A stretch of 64,000 nt of DNA from Patescibacteria group bacterium. GTDB lineage: Bacteria > Patescibacteriota > Patescibacteriia > UM-FILTER-42-10. The stretch covers positions 7,965-71,964 of the forward strand of contig JBAYGC010000004.1 in assembly GCA_041666845.1 (NCBI GenBank), in the 5' to 3' direction. Positions 9,730 through 19,029 of the stretch are shown here, piece after piece; the stretch's first letter is position 1, and the number at the start of each line of letters is the position of its first letter. The translations under genes were made by a program, and so were the position numbers. The notes beneath the pieces were generated by a model. That model saw nothing but the letters and a program-made list of their open reading frames with translations, ran no database searches and had not been told where the DNA came from.

Positions 9730-10005
9730 ATGGCAAACGGTGAAGAATACAAAAATATAATGAGCGAGATGATTAAAAAGCAAATAGTCATCTTAGGGCC
9801 GGATATTGCAATTATGAAGGCAAAGAATGTTACCGAACTGACGATCAACCCGGATGGAGAGGTAACAGAAATCAACGGAGAACCGCAAGTGGCATTACAA
9901 AGATTAATTGACGAATATGTTGCGCTTTCGGGTTTAATTGTCAAAAAGACAATGGAACCTCTATTAGCAAAATATCCTTCAGTAGTAGTTGAGCAAAAAC
10001 AATAA
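9730..10005 (+). CDS. Small soluble protein associated with the histidine kinase
   Basis: 91-aa ORF in operon with the HK; IKKQIVILGPDIA..KA pattern. Confidence 0.75.
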   Translation: MANGEEYKNIMSEMIKKQIVILGPDIAIMKAKNVTELTINPDGEVTEINGEPQVALQRLIDEYVALSGLIVKKTMEPLLAKYPSVVVEQKQ

Positions 10006-10028
10006 ATCTCAATAGAATTATAGAATTC

Positions 10029-11777
10029 ATGAATCAAACAAATGTAATGTTGATATTTATTTTTTCAGTTGTTATTGTTGCAATTGTTATTAGTTTTTGC
10101 ATTTATATCAGAAAATTACGTGGTACACTAAAAGCTGAAAGTGAAAAAAGAGAATCAGAAAACAGCCGGCGCATGTATGAGCTGTCAATTCTCAAAGAAA
10201 TCGGGGAAAGAGCCGGTTATTCATTAAATACTCAAAGGATTGCCGACATTATCACCGGTTCTTTAAAGGAACTAATTGATTATTCCACTACCTCCTACAT
10301 CCTGGAAGATTCTCAAAAGAAAGAACTGCTTTTTAAGTGCGAAGTTGAAGAAAGCGTCAGCCCGAAATTTGTAGAAGATGTAAAGAGCAGAATGGTAGCG
10401 GCGCTTTCGATATTAACCGACCAGAATTATCAGGAACGAAAGATTGAAGAAGTCGTTGCGGGGACTATTTTGGACGATGAGAATAATGAGCCTTTGAGTT
10501 CATTTTTTAATATTCCGCTGACCGTAGGTGACAAAGTTGTCGGTATTCTGAACGTGTCCAGCACTAAAACTGGCTTGTATAAAGAAGATGAGATGACCAT
10601 CCTGTATAAAATAACCGCACAGGCATCCAATGCCGTTACCCGTCTACAAGACGTATTGGACTCCGAGCAGAGCAAACTGAACGCCATGGTGGTCAGCATG
10701 GCTGACGGAGTATTGATGATTGATAGAGAAAACAGGGTATATGTTATTAATCCCAAAGTTAAAGAACTACTGGGGATAGAAAGTGAAGAAATATCCATAT
10801 TTGATATTATTGAGGCTTTTGAGGGCAAGGTGGATTTCAGAACCAAACTTGAAGAGTGTATAAAACTGAACCGTCAGGAAGTGGTTGAAGAAACCTATCT
10901 GCAACACCGGTACATCCGAATTCTGTTCTCACCAGTCAAAGATAAAAACAAAGAAACTTTAGGAGCTGTGATTATTCTGCATGATATTACACATGACAAA
11001 GAACTGGAAAAGGTTAAAGAGGACTTCACCAGTATGATGGTGCACGATCTACGCTCTCCTTTGAACGGGATCCGGCTGATTTCTGAAATGCTACAGGATA
11101 AGAAAATGCCGAAGGATCAGTTTTTGCAGTCGGCAAAGATGATTCACGAAAGCACTACTAACATCCTGGAGCTGGTTAATGATTTACTGGACGTTGCCAA
11201 ATTAGAAGCAGGTAAATTTATTGTCGCTAAAGAAAAGGGTGATTTGAAATCGGTAATTACCAGCAGGATCAATTTCTTTCAGGCTCTCGCTAACGAAAAA
11301 AATATAAAACTTGATTCCTATTGGGAACCGGATATTGAACAAATTCCGTTTGATGAAAAAGAAATAGTACAAGTTTTGAATAATCTCCTGTCCAACGCAA
11401 TCAAGTTTACCAATAAAAATGGTAAAGTAACCGTACAAACACTGCTCCTAAAAAAAGATGAAGACGTTAATAAGAAAGCGGATGCCAATAAAATTAAATG
11501 GTTTATTTCGAATGCATCCCCTGCTCTGATGCAGAGTAAAAATGATTTGTTAATCTGCGCCGTCACTGATAACGGCAGTGGCATTGAACAGGATAAAATT
11601 AAAAAGCTGTTTAATAAATTCCAGCAGGTAGAAAGCGGTAAAAAATCAGAGGTAAAAGGGACAGGGCTGGGTTTAGTAATCGCCAAGGGCATAATTGAAG
11701 CGCATGGTGGCATGGTTGGTGTTGAATCCGTAATGAAAAAAGGTAGTACGTTTTATTTTACATTACCATTAGAATAA
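10029..11777 (+). CDS. Sensor histidine kinase (TM-GAF-PAS-HisKA-HATPase)
   Basis: H-box VHDLRSPL, N-box NLLSNAIKF, G1 DNGSGI, G2 GTGLGL. Confidence 0.95.
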   Translation: MNQTNVMLIFIFSVVIVAIVISFCIYIRKLRGTLKAESEKRESENSRRMYELSILKEIGERAGYSLNTQRIADIITGSLKELIDYSTTSYILEDSQKKELLFKCEVEESVSPKFVEDVKSRMVAALSILTDQNYQERKIEEVVAGTILDDENNEPLSSFFNIPLTVGDKVVGILNVSSTKTGLYKEDEMTILYKITAQASNAVTRLQDVLDSEQSKLNAMVVSMADGVLMIDRENRVYVINPKVKELLGIESEEISIFDIIEAFEGKVDFRTKLEECIKLNRQEVVEETYLQHRYIRILFSPVKDKNKETLGAVIILHDITHDKELEKVKEDFTSMMVHDLRSPLNGIRLISEMLQDKKMPKDQFLQSAKMIHESTTNILELVNDLLDVAKLEAGKFIVAKEKGDLKSVITSRINFFQALANEKNIKLDSYWEPDIEQIPFDEKEIVQVLNNLLSNAIKFTNKNGKVTVQTLLLKKDEDVNKKADANKIKWFISNASPALMQSKNDLLICAVTDNGSGIEQDKIKKLFNKFQQVESGKKSEVKGTGLGLVIAKGIIEAHGGMVGVESVMKKGSTFYFTLPLE

Positions 11778-11791
11778 TTTATAATACAAAT

Positions 11792-12160
11792 ATGGCAAAA
11801 AAAATATTAGTCATCGACGATGACGATGCAATCCAACAAGTTGTAAAATCTGCCCTCCTTTCCGAAGGCTATGAGGTAAGAATTGCCGATGATGGCAAAG
11901 AGGGTATAAAAGTAGTTAAAGAATTCGAACCGGACTTGATAATACTGGATATTATAATGCCGGTAATGGATGGTTTGGGGTTCTTAAAAGAAAATAAAAA
12001 TAAATCAATTCCAGTCATTATACTGACTTCTCTGGGCAAAGATGATAATGAGCAGAAATTTATTGATCTGGGAGCCAAGCATTTTCTGCAGAAGAGTATT
12101 GTACATATTGATGATATTAAACAAAAAATTGCTGAGGTATTGAAAGAGAAAAGCAAATAG
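11792..12160 (+). CDS. Single-domain response regulator (CheY-like)
   Basis: ILVIDDD, LIILDIIMP, IILTS, FLQK. Confidence 0.93.
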   Translation: MAKKILVIDDDDAIQQVVKSALLSEGYEVRIADDGKEGIKVVKEFEPDLIILDIIMPVMDGLGFLKENKNKSIPVIILTSLGKDDNEQKFIDLGAKHFLQKSIVHIDDIKQKIAEVLKEKSK

Positions 12161-12176
12161 CAAATTGGGTAAATTG

Positions 12177-12203
12177 AAAACCTCGGGACAAACCCGGGGT
12201 TTT
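12177..12203 (+). terminator. Rho-independent terminator
   Basis: aaaacctcggg-acaaa-cccggggtttt. Confidence 0.65.
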
Positions 12204-12226
12204 ATTATTGATCTTTTTTTATTGTT

Positions 12227-12360
12227 CACCCCCACACTGACTTTGGTTTCGTGTGGTTTCTTCTTATAACGATAGAAAATAGCACATAAAGTGAATAATG
12301 AAGACCAGTATTTGCACACATCATCAATCAAATTGGTTTTAGTAACAAACAAATATGTTT
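12227..12360 (-). pseudogene. Degenerate fragment of a second PPDK_N gene
   Basis: Aligns to ~7297-7430; reads FVTKTNLIDDVCKYWSSLFTLCAIFYRYKKKPHETKVSVGV versus FVTCANLTDAVRKCWSSLFTPRAIFYRFEKKLHKTKVSVGV. Confidence 0.85.
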
Positions 12361-12380
12361 TCGCCCTCCCCCTTCAGCCA

Positions 12381-12409
12381 TTGACAAATATGCAAAAATG
12401 GTATATAAT
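12381..12409 (+). promoter_or_regulatory. Consensus sigma70 promoter (duplicate)
   Basis: TTGACA-17 nt-TATAAT. Confidence 0.85.
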
Positions 12410-12599
12410 CCCCTGTTAATTAACCTGCTAAAAGTAGGTCTAAGGCAGGCAGTTTTATTGGATTGCGTTAGTCAAATAAAACAGCGTGCTTTTGCACATA
12501 GTTGCCCATTCGAAAACAATTGAGGAGTAATCCTCATAACAATACATTCGCTGCGTGAGCACGTGGCGAAGCAGGATCCCCCAAGCCAAGGAGTTCGTG
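12410..12599 (+). ncRNA. Candidate structured 5' leader / ncRNA (copy 2)
   Basis: Highly similar to 8018-8213; stems preserved. Confidence 0.5.
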
Positions 12600-13247
12600 A
12601 TGGAAATGGGACAGATGATCCAAATGATCTTTTCCGCGATTCCCGACGGTACCACCCGCGTGTCCTTGCTTGGTCGGCATTCGCTGTCCGTGCAGGACGG
12701 GCCCAACGACACCCGCGCGCTCTCGCCCAAGGGCATCGAACTCTGTCACGAGGTGCGTGGTTTCTACGCTCATCTCGTCCTGAATCTGGAACTCATCGGC
12801 AACGCCTCCTACTACTATTCCCAGATGGCACGTTCACTCATAACCATCCGGGAGATTCTGCTTCCGCGTAACTTCATCCTGGATGAACGACTGAACCTGC
12901 TGGCCAGCCTGAAGAAGATACAGGGCGGCGCCTGGTTCAAGGCGCAGAAGGACACCGGGCATTCCGATGTGGAGATTATCCGCGCCTTCCTGACCGATTC
13001 CAGCATCGGCGCCGGCCAGCCGTTCAAGCAGAACGCCGCGAACTACCTGGCCTGGGCTACCGAACCATACGGCCACCGTCTGCGAGTCGCTTTCGCACAT
13101 GAGGTGGCCTGTTCCCTGGCGGCCCACCCCTATCTCGACTCCGATGTCGAACCCGGCCTGTCCGAATGTCAGGCCTACCTGTTCTGCGTGGACGACTCGG
13201 GCAATGTCCTGCGCGTGATCAAGGTCACCCCTCCGGCTACCCTGTAG
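12600..13247 (+). CDS. GC-rich hypothetical protein (paralog B)
   Basis: AAGGAG RBS; shares TRVSLLGRHSLSVQ, LNLLASLKKIQGG and an almost identical C-terminus with paralog A. Confidence 0.75.
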   Translation: MEMGQMIQMIFSAIPDGTTRVSLLGRHSLSVQDGPNDTRALSPKGIELCHEVRGFYAHLVLNLELIGNASYYYSQMARSLITIREILLPRNFILDERLNLLASLKKIQGGAWFKAQKDTGHSDVEIIRAFLTDSSIGAGQPFKQNAANYLAWATEPYGHRLRVAFAHEVACSLAAHPYLDSDVEPGLSECQAYLFCVDDSGNVLRVIKVTPPATL

Positions 13248-13273
13248 CCAACTCGCTCATTCCTCGCTTTTCG

Positions 13274-13315
13274 AAAGGTTCCCATTCACTCTCACGAATG
13301 CTCGGAGCCTTTTTT
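13274..13315 (+). terminator. Rho-independent terminator (identical to 8894-8935)
   Basis: Same stem-loop and T-run. Confidence 0.7.
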
Positions 13316-13386
13316 CTTTGGGAAAAACTTGAAATTTTATCAAAATAATGCCAATATTACACTAATAGACAATTAAACATAAACTT

Positions 13387-14280
13387 ATGAAAGAAATCGG
13401 ACCAATAGCAGTAGATAAAATTGAACAAGGAAAGGAAAGGGAAGGAGAATTACCAAAAATGACCGTCTTTTTATTACGCCATGGAGAAAGTAATAATGAC
13501 AAAACAAATCCCAATCGAGGACTTACTAACAAGGGTACGGAGCAGGTAACAGAAAGCATTAATCAGATATTAAATAGCCTATTGTTAGAAGGCAATCCGG
13601 ACTTTGAAGCATGGGATAATGAAGAGTCAAGAATAACCGCCGTTCAAAATGCCATCCAAAATGTAGAATTCCATCTGAGAGATTCCGGTACTGCCAGAAC
13701 ATTGGAGCAGGTTTGGCTGGAATATGAAATACTAAAACAATACGGAGTACCGGAAGAACACATTTATCTGCCACAAAGCGCATTTGAATATAAAGATAAA
13801 GAACCGGACGAAAAAGCCGGTCCCGGCATAGCTAAAAGGCTCAAAGGAGTTCAAGGAATGGACCAGAACCCGGCATATAGGACTAAAATCAAATCAAAGG
13901 AATACCAAGAACGCGTTGGTGCAACCGGAGACATGATGGCCTGGGCCATTTCACCCGAAGAAGATGTCCCGGATGATGTTGAAAAAAGAAGTCACATGGA
14001 AGAACGTTACGCGTCTGATATTGCGAAACTTGACCGGGTAGTCACCCACAAAATGGAAGGTTATCCAAAACGGGTAGTAGCGATTGCCAATTCCCATGCT
14101 TCCATTGCTACTATTGCCGCCGCCAAAGAATCTGGAATCCCACTCGAAAAACTCATGGGGAAAATCGGGGAAGTGCCGGAAGCTCAGGGTTTGCGTTATG
14201 ATTTTTATGAAGGTGAAACTGAACATACAGCCAAACCCTTCGGCCCTGAGATGGAACAGGTTATAACAGAATTGAGATAA
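13387..14280 (+). CDS. Histidine phosphatase superfamily protein (divergent)
   Basis: VFLLRHGES, GLT..G.EQ, SGTART, IANSH motifs. Confidence 0.75.
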   Translation: MKEIGPIAVDKIEQGKEREGELPKMTVFLLRHGESNNDKTNPNRGLTNKGTEQVTESINQILNSLLLEGNPDFEAWDNEESRITAVQNAIQNVEFHLRDSGTARTLEQVWLEYEILKQYGVPEEHIYLPQSAFEYKDKEPDEKAGPGIAKRLKGVQGMDQNPAYRTKIKSKEYQERVGATGDMMAWAISPEEDVPDDVEKRSHMEERYASDIAKLDRVVTHKMEGYPKRVVAIANSHASIATIAAAKESGIPLEKLMGKIGEVPEAQGLRYDFYEGETEHTAKPFGPEMEQVITELR

Positions 14281-14291
14281 TAGAAATACTA

Positions 14292-14367
14292 CAAAAACCG
14301 TTCCCCCGCGTCCGCGTCCGCCAGTTGGCGGAGGTGGATAGCAGATAACAAATAGGACGGTTTTTTG
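14292..14367. terminator. Bidirectional terminator-like stem enclosing a tccgccagttggcgga palindrome
   Basis: caaaaaccgttc...gacggttttttg between convergent genes; inner palindrome at 14317-14332. Confidence 0.5.
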
Positions 14368-14374
14368 ATCTACA

Positions 14375-15883
14375 TTATTTAATCTTCAATATCCCGGTAT
14401 TACCATCTACTGCCACGATTTGTCCGTCTTTAAGAATCTTGGTTGTCATTCTCAAGCCAATAATTCCGGGAATTCCTGCCTCACGAGCTAGAGTGGCAGG
14501 ATGTGAAGTAATCCCCGGCCCTCCATCACAAATCAGCGCTGAAGCTATAGAAAGCACTTGAGTAAATACAGGCGTAGCTTGCAGAGTACATATAATATCT
14601 CCCCTTTTCACTTTATGGAATGAATCTGGATTAATCACAATCTTCACCGGCCCCTTGGCAACACCCGGTGAAACAGCCATACCTACTAATTCTTTTACGT
14701 TCTTGTCTACTTCCACAAATTTTTTATAATACTGTTTCGCTTTTTCTCCTGTAAACAAACTCGTTTTGCCATTTTCCATAATAAACGCACACAGCTTTAT
14801 TCTTTCATTAAGGATATTACTCATATCTAAATCTTTGGTAAGCATCGGTCTGACTTCTGCGGTTCGCAAATGACGCGCCTGGCGCATGGAAAGCCCGCCA
14901 CGCCGAGCTATTTCCATCAAAATCGGATCATAGTAATAAAGGGTCTGTGAGACAATGCTTTTCCGCAGTTCTTTATAGTAGATCCCTTCGCGCATTGTTT
15001 GAAATAAGCGTTGATGTTTTTTGTCAATTTTTAATTTATCTTGAATCTCATTTATCTTCGTGTCAATTTCTTTTTCCTTTATCAGCATTTTTTCTAATAT
15101 ATTCCCAGGATTTCTTTTTAGATGCTTTTTAAAACGAATGATAAAATCTTCGTATGTTAATACCGGATCGTCATAATCCCTAGTAATCCAAAAGAATTTT
15201 CTCTCATGATTCTTTATTAATCTCAATAACTCTTTATCTTTTTGAATAGAGCTAGTGGTATTTATGACATTTCCCATAAAATAATCTGCCCACTTTTTTC
15301 GCTTATTAATAATCTTGCATATTTTTAAAGCAGCTAAAGTTTCCTGCCTACTTACCATTGCTTTTGTTTCTGTAATAAGAGCATCCACATAATGCGCGGC
15401 TTTTTTTGTATCCGATTCTTTAGCGGCTATATACTCCTGCAAATATTTAAACAAATAGTTTTCTATAGCCAAAATCGGGAAATAGTGGGAATACACCTGT
15501 TTATAGCGTCTTTCGTATTCCTCGTGCAATCCCGCCAACCTGCTGTTACTTACTGTTCTAAGTTTTTTTAGATTATTATTCTTCTTCAGAAATCCATAGA
15601 AGCTTTTGGCAAACGCCTTCTGTGTTTTACCAAGCTTAATAAACATGTCCGGCTTTAGAAATACTATTTTTAAAACATGCTTCCCCACTCGTTCGTGATC
15701 GGCCTTATCAAAATACAAATACATATGATTCTCTTCAAACATCTGCACTATTCTTTTATAGGTAGTCCCGACTACATTTTTTAGCTCTTTTCCGATTGAC
15801 TCCATTGAAAGGTAATTTGGAAAAGGGCTCATCCGCTGCCTTTGGGATATTTGGAACCATACGATTTTTTTATTCTTGATCAT
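14375..15883 (-). CDS. PEP-utilizing enzyme mobile-domain protein 1
   Basis: C-terminal GMAVSPG...GDII...GGPGITSHPATLARE.GIPGIIG..DG..V.VDG. Confidence 0.88.
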   Translation of the reverse strand: MIKNKKIVWFQISQRQRMSPFPNYLSMESIGKELKNVVGTTYKRIVQMFEENHMYLYFDKADHERVGKHVLKIVFLKPDMFIKLGKTQKAFAKSFYGFLKKNNNLKKLRTVSNSRLAGLHEEYERRYKQVYSHYFPILAIENYLFKYLQEYIAAKESDTKKAAHYVDALITETKAMVSRQETLAALKICKIINKRKKWADYFMGNVINTTSSIQKDKELLRLIKNHERKFFWITRDYDDPVLTYEDFIIRFKKHLKRNPGNILEKMLIKEKEIDTKINEIQDKLKIDKKHQRLFQTMREGIYYKELRKSIVSQTLYYYDPILMEIARRGGLSMRQARHLRTAEVRPMLTKDLDMSNILNERIKLCAFIMENGKTSLFTGEKAKQYYKKFVEVDKNVKELVGMAVSPGVAKGPVKIVINPDSFHKVKRGDIICTLQATPVFTQVLSIASALICDGGPGITSHPATLAREAGIPGIIGLRMTTKILKDGQIVAVDGNTGILKIK

Positions 15884-16013
15884 GATACAATAATATGTTT
15901 AGTGCTTTATTAAATTGGCTGTAGCTTTTCATTAAGATAATTAACTTAATTTGGGATTTTTTGTTCATAGTTTGTTACTCGTTAGGAATATGAAGCTTTA
16001 GCTCCATTTGTAT

Positions 16014-17540
16014 TCAATAAACCTGAGAGTTTATATTCCTTTTAATGATGCCTTTTGTCGCGTCTACTTCCACCACGTCACCATCCTTGAATACTTTAGT
16101 GGCAACCTCTGTACCAATTATACATGGTATTCCCAATTCCCGGGATACTATTGCTGCATGGCAGGTAATACCACCAGCATTAGTAACAATGGCAGCTGCT
16201 TTATTCATAGCTGGCACCAATGATGGATTGGTGGAATAACTAAGCAAAATATCACCCTCATTGAATTTGTTCAAATCGCCAGTGGAATTAATTATCTTCA
16301 CAATGCCTTTGGCTTTGCCCGGATAGGCTACTTGACCTCTGATAATATCACTGTGTTTAATATTGGGCTTGGTCTGGACAAATAATTTTTTAAATTCTTT
16401 AGCCTTCGCACCAGTATAAAAGCCAACTCGACCATTTATTAAAATATGAGCTGAACATTGATACCGTTCATTTAATTGATTGTTAGTAAATGCTTTTTTG
16501 TTTTTTAACAAAATATCCTGATACTCAGCTCTAGTGACATAACGAGCCTGTAGTGGTGACCAATAAAAACGACTGGCAATTTCTTGATACCATCTGCCCA
16601 TAGCATAATTATGGTAATAAACCTGAACTTCTTTCCTAATTTCTTTTAAATAAGCTAGCTCCCGAACAATCTCGATTTGGTGCCATTCTTCTTTAGTAAA
16701 AAATGATTTTGCTTTGCTGTGAAACTTTTTAAGTTCAGCTAACCTTTTCTGTTTTATCCTTATTTCTTTATCAGGAAATATCCCCCATCGCCTTTTGACT
16801 AGATCAAGATAATATTCTGGACCAGCAGGCGGACCAACATAATAATATTGCAACCAGCCAAACTTTTCGGCCAGTCTTTTCAAATCGTTTTGAGCGTCAG
16901 TGGATAATTCTCCTATATTTTTACTATTTTTAAACTGTCTTAATAAATCTTTATTTTTCTTTGTTTTACTAATAAATTTTAAAACTGATAAATTTTCTTC
17001 GCTAATAGCGGTCGGCTTAGTAGAAGCAACTAAATTACTAAATACAATTTCCGGGTTACCTAATTTTTTTAACTTAAGCTCTAATTCTTGATATAAATTC
17101 ACCGAAAATTTAACCCTACTCATATCCAGTGTTTGCACTACCAAACCCCATTTCCAGCACTCAGCAAAAACATCATACAAGCCACAGTAAATTTTAAATA
17201 ACTGATTGTTTGTTTTCATCTTTAGATTGTCGGCCAATAAACGTCGACATAATATTTTCATCATTTTAAAAGCATCATAGTGGCCACGACAAAGCTGCTG
17301 AAAAAACTTTTTATCTTTAATTAACTTCTGACCAAAATAATCCCCTGCTTTTATAAACTGCGATTCTACGGGCCCCCAAGTCACAAAATCTTTTTCAAAA
17401 ACAAATAAACTCTCCAACTTTAATTTGTTGGCAGAAAGTTTTGGCAAATCTATCTTAAAATTTTTCTCATTCAAAATACACCAAGGAGTCAAAGCTACAT
17501 TATAATCCTCAACTAAAATGACAAATTTTCTTTTTGGCAT
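16014..17540 (-). CDS. PEP-utilizing enzyme mobile-domain protein 2
   Basis: GGITCHAAIVSRELGIPCIIG. Confidence 0.9.
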   Translation of the reverse strand: MPKRKFVILVEDYNVALTPWCILNEKNFKIDLPKLSANKLKLESLFVFEKDFVTWGPVESQFIKAGDYFGQKLIKDKKFFQQLCRGHYDAFKMMKILCRRLLADNLKMKTNNQLFKIYCGLYDVFAECWKWGLVVQTLDMSRVKFSVNLYQELELKLKKLGNPEIVFSNLVASTKPTAISEENLSVLKFISKTKKNKDLLRQFKNSKNIGELSTDAQNDLKRLAEKFGWLQYYYVGPPAGPEYYLDLVKRRWGIFPDKEIRIKQKRLAELKKFHSKAKSFFTKEEWHQIEIVRELAYLKEIRKEVQVYYHNYAMGRWYQEIASRFYWSPLQARYVTRAEYQDILLKNKKAFTNNQLNERYQCSAHILINGRVGFYTGAKAKEFKKLFVQTKPNIKHSDIIRGQVAYPGKAKGIVKIINSTGDLNKFNEGDILLSYSTNPSLVPAMNKAAAIVTNAGGITCHAAIVSRELGIPCIIGTEVATKVFKDGDVVEVDATKGIIKRNINSQVY

Positions 17541-17561
17541 ATTATTAAATACATAATCATA

Positions 17562-19028
17562 CTATTTATTCAACTTTTTTATAATTCCCCTATTCGCGTC
17601 CACTTCCACCAGATCGCCATCTTTTAATACTCTAGTAGCAACCTTTGTCCCAATTACACAGGGGACCTTCAATTCCCTAGCTACAATAGCGGCGTGACAA
17701 GTAATACCGCCAGAGTCAGTGATTATTGCACCGGCTTTTTGCATAGCAGGAACGACTTGAGGATTTGTGGATGTTGATACAAGTATATCTCCTTTTTTCA
17801 TTTTCGGTAGATCTAATACCTCGTCAATCCGTTTAACCACACCTTTTACTAAACCCGGATAAGCAGTATTTCCGTAAAGTACTTTGATTTTTGGATCAAC
17901 ACATAACGAACGTGAGATATCTTGAGAGATCCGCTTCACATTATTACCAGAAAGCACTTGATAATCAGTGCCTTTAAATAATACTACCGATTCCCTAATT
18001 CGTTCGTTCATTAATTCGGCACTGATATTGTTTTTCAGCAAGGCATCTTTCATTTCCTTTGGTGAAATCATGGATGCCTGGACTCTGGACAAATGATTTC
18101 TTTTGGCCAATTCTTGAATAAAATCATCCATTAGTAAGTGGGCCTTCTGGTTTAAGAATTTCCGTTCGAATTTCCAAAACCCCAGAGTTCGTAAAGCATG
18201 GATAACTCTTTTTTCCTGAACATTTAACCCAAGTTCCTGTTCCATGTTCTCCTGTTTTTTTGATAACCTATTTGCCGACTTGCCTTTTACAGCTAGCAGC
18301 TCCGTAACTGTCACTTTCTTGGCAGGAAGCAGGCTGAGCCGCTGTCGGATATCTTTTACTCCCCAAGCTGGTCCGTTATAACCATAACCGATCCAAGCGT
18401 ATTTCTTAAGATGATCAGCAACATCTTTTTTTGATAACTCATATCTCAGTTGTTTAAGCCGTAGCTTCAGCAAAGCCTTTTCCTCACGCAATATCACAGT
18501 TTCTCGGGGGGAAGAAGACAAAAGTTGAAAATATTCCCCGATTTTCTCATTACCTTTCCCTAATTTCCGACTAATGATCTGTTCCACTCGGTTGCTCAAA
18601 AGAGGTATTTCCATTTCAGCTGCGGTCGCCATTACACTATAAGTCATCATAGAAATAAATTTTTTCAGCCAATCCTGCCAGCGTGCTCTAAGTTCTTGAC
18701 CGCTCAATGCCGATAAATCACCTGAAAGCTTTTCTGCTGCTTCAAGCATCATCGGTACTTCTTTTTTATTTACTAACTCAATTTTTTTTAGCAAAATATC
18801 ATTTTGCTCTAGACGCTCTAGAATCTTTCTTCCAGGAACGGCTAAAGATCCTTCATTTGTTAGATAACTGAACGAGTTATCCTTATACCAACAGCCAATA
18901 ATACCATCCTCCACACCCACCTTTTTTGCTGCATATTGCGCACACCACCAGTACAGCATGGTGGGATAAAGATAAGCATTTTTATCATGGGCCAGTTCAA
19001 GCCATTTCTTTTGATATTGAATACTCAT
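17562..19028 (-). CDS. PEP-utilizing enzyme mobile-domain protein 3
   Basis: GGITCHAAIVARELKVPCVIG. Confidence 0.9.
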   Translation of the reverse strand: MSIQYQKKWLELAHDKNAYLYPTMLYWWCAQYAAKKVGVEDGIIGCWYKDNSFSYLTNEGSLAVPGRKILERLEQNDILLKKIELVNKKEVPMMLEAAEKLSGDLSALSGQELRARWQDWLKKFISMMTYSVMATAAEMEIPLLSNRVEQIISRKLGKGNEKIGEYFQLLSSSPRETVILREEKALLKLRLKQLRYELSKKDVADHLKKYAWIGYGYNGPAWGVKDIRQRLSLLPAKKVTVTELLAVKGKSANRLSKKQENMEQELGLNVQEKRVIHALRTLGFWKFERKFLNQKAHLLMDDFIQELAKRNHLSRVQASMISPKEMKDALLKNNISAELMNERIRESVVLFKGTDYQVLSGNNVKRISQDISRSLCVDPKIKVLYGNTAYPGLVKGVVKRIDEVLDLPKMKKGDILVSTSTNPQVVPAMQKAGAIITDSGGITCHAAIVARELKVPCVIGTKVATRVLKDGDLVEVDANRGIIKKLNK

Positions 19029-19029
19029 A

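Noticed and set aside
8214-13321. Diversity-generating retroelement (TR/VR pair) suggested by the near-identical 3' ends and an Avd-like four-helix gene
   Set aside because: Differences between copies are largely C/T synonymous-type changes rather than adenine-specific, both copies are full ORFs, and no reverse transcriptase is in the window.
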